Shown one piece after another: positions 43,518 through 52,500 of a stretch of 64,000 nucleotides of DNA (within the stretch, counting starts at the first letter, position 1; every line of letters begins with the position of its first letter). The notes under the pieces were generated by a model, which was given only the letters and a program-made list of their open reading frames with translations, was not told the origin of the DNA and ran no database searches. This stretch comes from Gracilinanus agilis. Lineage: Eukaryota. A program made the position numbers and the translations under genes. Location: contig NC_058133.1 in NCBI RefSeq assembly GCF_016433145.1, positions 193,674,661 to 193,738,660 of the forward strand, read 5' to 3'.

Positions 43518-46500
43518 CTGGTTTGCAGGTGGGATGAGAAAGAGAAGGAAGACAGTCACTAGTGTTATAAAATAAATAAATATGGACTCTTCTTGATGGT
43601 GCTATGCTCCTAGGGATATTGGTTAGGGAAGCTGGACATCAGAGCCATATTCTTAATCTCCTCTATCTCCTTGGCCTTTTGAACTTCCTTTAGTAGTCTC
43701 TTCAGCTATGTAATCTCTCTATCCTTTTCAGAGGCCTTTGATTGCTTAGGCTCACTATCCCTAGACTCATGGATGTATGGCAGCAGTCTTTCTTAGTTCT
43801 TCAATGGGCATAGTCTCCCACTGTGAGCAATGCAACTTGAAATAAGCCTGGATGTGGTTTAGACTGCCCTTTACAAACTGCCTCCTGACATGCCGGATGT
43901 TATCCTCAACTATCATGTCCCTGAAACCTAGGGTAGTTTTGCCTAAATCCTCTCTATACCTCTTGAGATAAGCTGTGTTTGCATGTGAGAAGAGTTCCAA
44001 GTCCTGGTATTGTTCTGGCCAGGAGGCAAGATTGGGGTTGCTTCTTGTCTTGGCTATAAACTTTGCCTTCTCACTGGGGGTGTATAATTCTGATAAGAGC
44101 TATTCCACATCCTCAAATGTTGGGTTGTAAAGTCTCACAGCCTGTTTATATTCTTTTATAGACTTATGGTGATTTGTGTAGAACTGAGGAAACCTCCTTT
44201 TTAAGATCTCCAGATCACCTCCTGAGAAAGGTTTGTAGCCCTTAACATGTATAATGCCTGAGTTGGGTTGTACCACTGTCCTATCAGTAATGGGAAGGAT
44301 AGTTACAGGAGCTGCTTCAAGCCCCGCAACCTGTTGTTCTTCAGTGTTCTTATCTGTAGCCCCTTTTTTGGTGTGACTGCACTCTCAATAATCTCTAGCT
44401 GCATGATTGTCTTTGCATCTAGATCCTTTCCTTCCCTGATTTGCTTTTTTATCTCAATTAGGGTCTTCATGTACTCCACTAATTACTCCAAAACCGGGTT
44501 TGTTATTTCTGTTCTTCCAAAGGTAAATGCCAGAACTTTCCTCAATATCATCAGGGCCCCATAAAAAGTTGCAGCCATGGCTATTCCCAATGGCACATAT
44601 GCCAAAGCATCACCCACTGATATAGTTAACCACATGTAAGTATTATATATTTCTATCATTTGTTTGAAAAACTGGGGAACAGTTATCAGCCAAAAGGTAG
44701 CACAAGTTTGTCAAAACCCATATATTAGCACCCCAGAGCACCCCAGTGTGACAATAGCTCTGTTGATGAAGCTGGCCATACTGATCACTTCCTACTCAGG
44801 TTCTGAAATAAAAATCCCAGGCTGGCTGTAATATAACACTAGATAGGAATGAGTTAAATGTCTTTCCTGTGCCTGCCCTNNNNNNNNNNNNNNNNNNNNN
44901 NNNNNNNNNNNNNNNNNNNNNNNNNNNNNNNNNNNNNNNNNNNNNNNNNNNNNNNNNNNNNNNNNNNNNNNNNNNNNNNNNNNNNNNNNNNNNNNNNNNN
45001 NNNNNNNNNCATCAGAAGACGCTGAACTCAGGCTGGGCAGCAAAGGCCAGGGTACCTGGGCACCAGCAGGGGGCCCCTCTTGGCCAGGCAACAGAGGAGG
45101 TTTATGCAGCTCAGAGAACAGTGTGTTCCCGTAGCCCTGGCTCCAGCCCCATGGGATGGAGGGGGAGGAGCATCTCCAGGCCCTGTGGGGAATGGTAAAG
45201 AGGAGGTGCTCACATTCGTATAGGCCCAGTTCTAATGTACCTTGAGATCTGTGTTGAGAACCCAGACAAAGGTGCAGACTCGAGGGTTGCTGGGGGACTT
45301 GAGCACAATGAAGCCGCCAGGTCCATTCTCACCCCTGAGGAGTGGAAGATACAGTCTGAGTTCACTGCCCCATACCCCAGCCCAACAAGCTTTCCCTCCT
45401 TTGGACCCCTCTCCTGAACCTGAGCTGGGGAGGAGGCCAGAAGTGGAGCTGCTGGGGAGACCCAAAAGATCCCCGATCCAGGGGTGAATCCAGGAGGCGT
45501 TTGGGAGGGGAAAGAGGTGGGAGTTTAGCTCAGTCATGTCTCCATTCCAGTGTAACTCAACCCCAGCCCTAAAGGGAGAGTCTTTCTTGGTTACCCTCTC
45601 CTGAGGTTTGGGGTCCTCTGATGGCAAGACTGACAAAGGGTCTTTGTAAGGAGGAGGCCCAAAGAAAAGCTTTTTGCCCTCCCTGAGGCAGAGAAGGGGC
45701 AGATAGACTCCAACCAGAGCTGTTTACTCCCTCATTGCTGGGGTTCCCCACTCCAGTCTCACATAGGCTGGGCCTTAATTTGCAGGAAGGGTATTGTAGG
45801 TAAAACTGGGAGGTCATCCTGGAGGAGCTGGTATCTAAGCCTCTTCAGAGACACCCAAGACCATGAAGTAGCTACCTGAAAGTCACACAGTTGAGGACAA
45901 CCTCCTGTGACAGACATTCTTCCTCCAACCCCCCTGGGTGCCTGATCTCCTCTCTCCTGCTGTCCCTAGGGTGGGGGGTAGGGGGAGGCGGCCCACCCTT
46001 CGACTCCATACCAAGATCCCCTGCTCTTCCCTCACTCACCCTCCTCCCTGCTGGGCTCCAGCAGCCATGTCCACATGACAGGGGAGAATGGCCAGAGGCA
46101 TTAAGAGGGTTAGTAGTTTATCAAGTGACCAAAGCGGGGTGAAGAATGGGGACATTTAAAGGACGCTAACCCTCTAGAACTGCCTGAGGTTCCTGCTGAG
46201 ACATGTCTGGAGATGGGGCCATTCTGTTCGTAGAAGGGATCGGCTGAAATGACTCTGAGGCCTTACCTGACATACTTGTGCATCGGGGGCTTGGCAAAGT
46301 GGGTGGTAGCAATGCCCGAGGAGAGGTATCTGTCCCTCCGCCTCTCGATTCGCCGGACATTCACAAAGTCCCTGGAAAAATAAAGGCAGTGAAGGACCAG
46401 TTTAAGTTCAGGAGGTCACACCCTGAGAGCAGGGAAGATGATGGCTGCAAGGGCAGCAGTCCAAGTTGGGGAAGGGGTAATGATGGAACAGAAAGAGAGG

Positions 46501-49500
46501 AAGGAGGAAGGAAAAAGAGAGAAGGGAGCCAGAAAGAGAAAGGAGAGAAAGAGAGAGTGTGTGAGAGAGAATAAACATGAGAATTAGGAAAGCAGCTTGA
46601 CTGGAGAGGGAGGGATAGGGTCAGATTGGATGACTCCTAAGGTCTGTCCCAGCCCAGATTTTGGGATTCTATCCAATGAGAAAGCATGGAAGAAAGAAAA
46701 ACCATGAAGGCAGCCTTTACCTGGGGGAGATCACTCCACCTGCAGCCCCTGAAGACACATCGTAGGTGATGAGAGTGTTGTCTTCTACTCGGTGAAGGAT
46801 CTGGGGTTCAGGAGACAAATCAATTTGACACTATCAGCCACAGCCTCTGGCCTCAGCATTTTGGTGCTGATGGGGGGTTTAGAGGGAGGTGTGGGGGGCC
46901 CCAGTGCCTCTGGCACCTTCACAACTTGGGAATCTAGGCCTTTTTCCTTCATTCCTGCCTCAAGGTTTCAATTCCTCCCTCCACAAAACATCAGGGGAAG
47001 GATTTTCTTCTTAGAAAGTGACCAGTCTAAGGTCCCCTGGCCAGGGGAAGAGACCTGGAGGCATGGGGGAGGTGGGCCTCTTGGCAGACCCACCTGGCAC
47101 GCATTCACCGTCTTGTTCCACAGGACCATTTTCTCTGGCTGCAGGATTACTTCTTGGTATACCAGCTCTGCTGGGCACTGCAGGAATGCCTAAAGGGAGA
47201 GGCACATGGCTTGTCAACCTCCTTTGTAGCCCCAGGGAGCAAGAAAGGGGACCTCTGATCCCTCCCATTGAGAATCTCAAAGCCCCCCCTCCCCACTTCC
47301 TCATATACTTCCCCACTTGAAAGGATTTCATGGCTGGATAGGACTTCAGGGGTCTGTTTCCAGCCCCACACCTTTCCAAACCTCAAATGGTTCTCCAGTG
47401 TCTGCTTGGAAACCTCTAGGGCAGTGGTATCGAAGGTTTTTGAGTTCGTTTGCCCAAACTGCAACTTCAAGCTGCCTGTAAGCCCCCACAAATTATCCCA
47501 GAGAGCGGAGGAAGGTAGTGCTCACTTTAGGTGACTGAACAGAGGAGCAAGGCATGCAAAAATGTCCTCGAGTGCTGGGAAGAGGGGAACAGAGCAGCTC
47601 CCCCCCAACCCTGTGCCAGCTAGGAACACATGCCAATACTTCACCAATACTGCTGCTCTAAGGGATGAGAAACTCACTACCTAACAAAGCAGCCCTTTCC
47701 ACTTCTGGACAGCTGATTATTTGGAAGATTTCCCTCAAGTAGCTCCTAGCTCTGCCTTCTGGGACTAAGCAGAACAAAGCTAAGGCCCTTCCACATAATG
47801 GCCAGAGGACAGCTAAGTACCCTCTTTGGGGATCCTTGAAGATGGTCTCTAGGATGCTGGCTGGTCTGGCAGGTGCTAGATGCATGACAGTTGTATATTT
47901 GGGGGTGGCATAGGGCACAGGGATTGAGGACTCCAACTGGGATCCTCTATATGACTCTTGTCATATCTCACCTTGAGGATGAATGTCTTGCCATGGAAAG
48001 GAATCTCAAGAGTGTACACGGTGTCCCCATATTCCTAGTGTAAGGAGAGAAGAGATAGGGATGGAGGGAGGGGGCAGCAAGGGGCAACAGGGTAGTAGCT
48101 GAGGGTGACTGTCAGTGGGGCTGGAAGGGGACTAAGGAAGGGAAGGCAGAAGGGATTTTGGGTGATGGCATAGAACCTGCAGGGAGAGAGCATCCCTGGC
48201 CCAGTGACAACACTATCGAGTGGAGGATTGCTTTGCCTTTTCCTATGACATCAGAGAGGGAAAGCTGGAATTGGATTGAGGGACCAGGGAGAGTATCAAT
48301 GTTCCTCCAAGGCCTAGATGGGAGGAATGGGTCTAGTTTTGGGGGGCAAAAATTCAATCTTAATCTAATAATCCAGCACCACCACTGTGGGTCCATTTCT
48401 TGTGGTCAGAACATTCTAGCTTCTCCTTGATGCCATCATTCCCACCTCACAAAGCCAGAGCTTGCTTTGGGCTCACATTATTCTTTTCAAATTTCCAGTT
48501 CTCCTCTTGAGCCAGGATTTGGTCCACCACCTCCATGGCTTCCTTCCCCTGCTGGATATACTCCCGATCCTAGATCCACATGTATCCATTACTCACAAAG
48601 GTCCATATGATGTTCTCCTCCCCACTCCCCTTCCCAGAAGAGATATGTAGTGGGAAGAGTTGGGGGGTCGGGCAAAGAGGAGAGGGAATAAGGAGACCTG
48701 AAATTTATGGGGGATCATAAGTTCCCTCTCCCCTGGACTGTTCACTCTTCCCTCAGCATAACTCCACATTCTCCTTCTCCAGAATGGATTCCACCCATCT
48801 TGGCTCTTCAATTTTTCCCATGTTTCCCCCGTCAGACTTCAATAATTGCAGAGCCCAGGGAGGAGAAGACTACGTATCTCCTTTTGTCTGAATCCCTTCC
48901 TGCCCCTAGAATTGCTCAGGCTGAGAAGGAACAGACAAATCGACTATCGAAACACCTTTGATCCAAGACCTTGTCTAATACTTCTTCTCCTTTTTTTGTA
49001 AATCCTTACCTTCCATTTTGGAATCAATACTAAGTATTGGTTCCAAGGCAGAAGAGTGATAAGGGCTAGGCAATGGAGTTAAATGACTTTCCCAGGGTCA
49101 CCCAGATAGGAAGTATATAAGGCCAGTTTTGAACCCAGGACTTTTTTTTTTTGGTAGTTTTTTTTAACATTTATTAATATTCATTTTTAACATGGTTACA
49201 TGATTCATGCTCCTCCTTTCCCCTTCAACCCCCCCCCCCGCGCCCCCCCTACCCATGGCCGATGCGCATTTCCAGTAGTTTTGTCATCGCATTTCCACTA
49301 GTTTTGTCATGAACCCAGGACTTTTTACTTCCAGGCCTGGCTCTCAATACACTGAGCCACCTAGCTGTCCCCTTAATGCCCCTTCATCTGTCCTTCTCAA
49401 AGACAAGTGACCTTTTCCTTGAGGTCAGTGTTCTGGGGGAGCCAAGTCTGGGGTCTTTGGGTAGGGGAATGATGAATACCTGGCTAGAGAAGCCTTTCCT

Positions 49501-52500
49501 CCCAGCTTCTTCATCATCAGATTCAATGTCAGATCCTAAAGAAGTCAAGTAGAGATGGATCAGTTAAGAGGGGGAAAGAGGGCTTAACTGTGTGTGCATG
49601 GAGTGTAGCAGTGTGGGTTCTCTCCCTTTGGAACCTGATATGAAAGAGGGAGCCTAATGCTGTCTCCCTTCCTTCCCCTGCCCTCTGGTTTCCACATGGA
49701 ACTGATTACTGAGGGCCACCTCCCTCCACCCCCCACCCCTCCATCTCCAGGAGGGGTACAGGAAGAAAGAAGTGACCAAGTGAATGAAAAGCTTCGTGTC
49801 TCACCTGCAAATGACTCTGGAGGAGAATAGAACTGTCCTTCGGACAATGCCCCAGGAAAGAGCAGGGGGCCCCGGGCAGCAGCAGCCTGGGCAGCCAGAT
49901 ACCCTGGGGACAGATCCACAGATACTTTGTTCCCGATCCTGGAGTGCCCTCTCTTCATCCATCCTCCCTTCAGCATAGTGCTAGCCCCAGATCTACCCAC
50001 TGAAAAGCATCTCTCCTGAGATTCACAAGGCTCACCTAGGCCCACACTTGTCCTATTCCCCTAATGCCCATCCCCAGCTGTGTGGGAGACAATGCCATTT
50101 TACCTGGCACTGTCTGAGACATTTGAGAAATCCCAAGACTTTTTCGAATGATCTTAGACCAGAAGGATCTCCTCTATCAGGATGGCACCCTCCTCCCCAA
50201 GCTCACTCACTCCTTCCCCAGACACCTTGCCCCTGGCTCTGCCAATCACAGGATCATGGGATTTAGAGTGAGAAGCAACCTAACAGATAATTAAGTCCAA
50301 TGAGGAGACTTGAGCCTAAAAATTTAACAATGTCTTGGTCAAGATGACCCAGGTAGAAAGTGGCAAAACTAAGCCTTGAATCCAGGCCTTGGATTGTGAC
50401 TTCAAGCTAGGGACCTTCGCATTACATTCTGCTTCCTCCTCATGGAACTCACATCGTTCCTCCTCTGCCTCCTGTGTCAAGACCTTGAAGTCGAGGAACC
50501 AGGTCTCCAGCCAGGCGATGACGAAGGAAACGATGGGGAGCAGATAGCCAAAGGCACCTTTGCTGAGCAGCTGGGGAGAGTTGGCTGGGTTTGGTGAGTG
50601 AGTGGTGCCACCTCAACCCCTCTATCCCTGGGGAAGCCAATGCTAGCCAGCTGGGAGTGGGAATGGGGTTTCACTCCACAGAGGGCAATGGGCTGGACCT
50701 AAGGAAGAACTTCCCTGTTATCAAAGCTGCTGGGATTCCTGAAATGGAAGAGGCTTCAGGAAAGGGAGAGGGAACAGAAGAGGAGTTTCCTTCTCTGAAG
50801 ACAGGACCCCAGCCCCGCTTTACCCAAATGTGACTACAAAAAGAGAAAGGAGGGGCTGAGTATAGTTGTATTGAAGCACTGCAGGGCATCCTTTGCCAAC
50901 TTCCACCATAGCCCCACTATAGCACCCTTGGCAATAATGGTCATATTTCCAAGCCCCAGAAAGATTCCACTTCCTCTCCAAGATTCTCATCTCTTCCCTG
51001 ACAAACCTCATCTAGGATTACTGACCTGAGAGAGGATGACCTTGACGATGAGAAAGGCACTGGACACAAGTGTGGTAATCTGGCCAGAGCAGGGAGAAAA
51101 GAGGTTTTAGCTCCCTTTTCTACCTGTTTCCCCATCCCCCATTCTCCCAATGTCATACTGGCTGAAGTATTCTCTAAAGGGGTTCTCCAATGTGAATTGG
51201 GTAGGAGGCTTGGTAGCTTACCGCAATCACCCACCAGTGTCGAAGCCTCAGCACAGCATAGCCCATCAGCAGCCCCGAAAACCGAAAGAAGGCTAGAATC
51301 TGGAGGAGGAGGTATGGGGGGAGGCAGATCAAGAGGTGTTCATGTATTAGATGAGTAGGCAATATACATCTCAGTCCTGGTGTTCCAGGTGATACAGGAT
51401 TGGCTGTGGGGCCCATCCTCAACTCCCAGGGGCTGACATTCAAATTGAAAACAAACCTATCCCCTTCCTCATTTCCAAGGCTCTTTTACTGTCATTAGGT
51501 AAACTTTATTAACGTTGTCCTACTGTGGGACTAAAGGGATGGGGGCACACTTACTCTAAGCAGCTGTTCCAGATAGAGGCTGCCCACTTCTAAGAGCCCT
51601 TGTGTTTTGTTTTTTTTTTGTTGTTGTTTTTTAAACCCTTTTCTCTGATTTTGAATCAATCAGCTCTCAGTTTCAAGGCAGAAGAGAAGAGCTAGGCAAT
51701 GGGCGTTAAGTGACTTGCCCAGGGTCACCCATCTTCCATCTCCAGGCCTGGCTTTCCATCCACTGACCCACCTAGCTGCCCCTGCCCTTGGCTTTAAAGT
51801 GCATGTACACCTCACCCAACCACCTTCTGTTTACACGCCTGTGAGCTTCCGGAGGGGCAGGGTTTCTGTGTTTTCCTTACTAGACTGGGAGGCTAGTAAA
51901 AGAAGGCTGAGTAAAAGGGACCAAAGGAGGCAGAAGAAACCCAAAGACACATCTGAAAGGCAACTGGCTGCTTCCTCTATGCTTAGGGCACTCACAAAGA
52001 TATCGAAGAAGGAGGTTTTGAAGTTGTAGTTGATAATCTCCTTTTCCAGGTTCTTCTTGATGCCTGTATTTGTCTGTATGTGTGGAACACAGAAAGAGAA
52101 GGTAAACTGACCCAACTGTTGGCTAGGTCTGCCCCCTGCCCTCCAACTCTTGGGCTACTCATCCCCCAGTACCTTGGTTTCTGTCAAAAATATCATGGGG
52201 AAAAGAAACTTGTGGCTTTGAAGGCATGGTGTGAGCAGGCTAGTGGCAAATTCTAAATCCTCTCCATGCCCCTGATATATTTATACACACGGTAAACAGG
52301 GTTAAGTGGCTTGCCCAGGATCACCCAGCTAGGAAGCATCTGAGGCCAGATTCTGAATTTCTGAAGCTTGAAGCAGGGTCATCAAATGGGCAACTCTTGA
52401 CTCCAAGGTAAGGGGAAGTGGAAAAAGAGTCTGATAGCAGGCTGGGGACTTCTGATCCAAGGCAACACAGAATGGCAGAAGCAAATTCAAGCAACCTCTG

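Noticed and set aside
43559-44842. 11-bp inverted repeat CTAGTGTTATA read as a DNA-transposon TIR or Helitron end
   Set aside because: No 8-bp hAT-type TSD and no transposase; it is better explained as 7-bp LTR-type ends plus a palindromic CTAG TSD.
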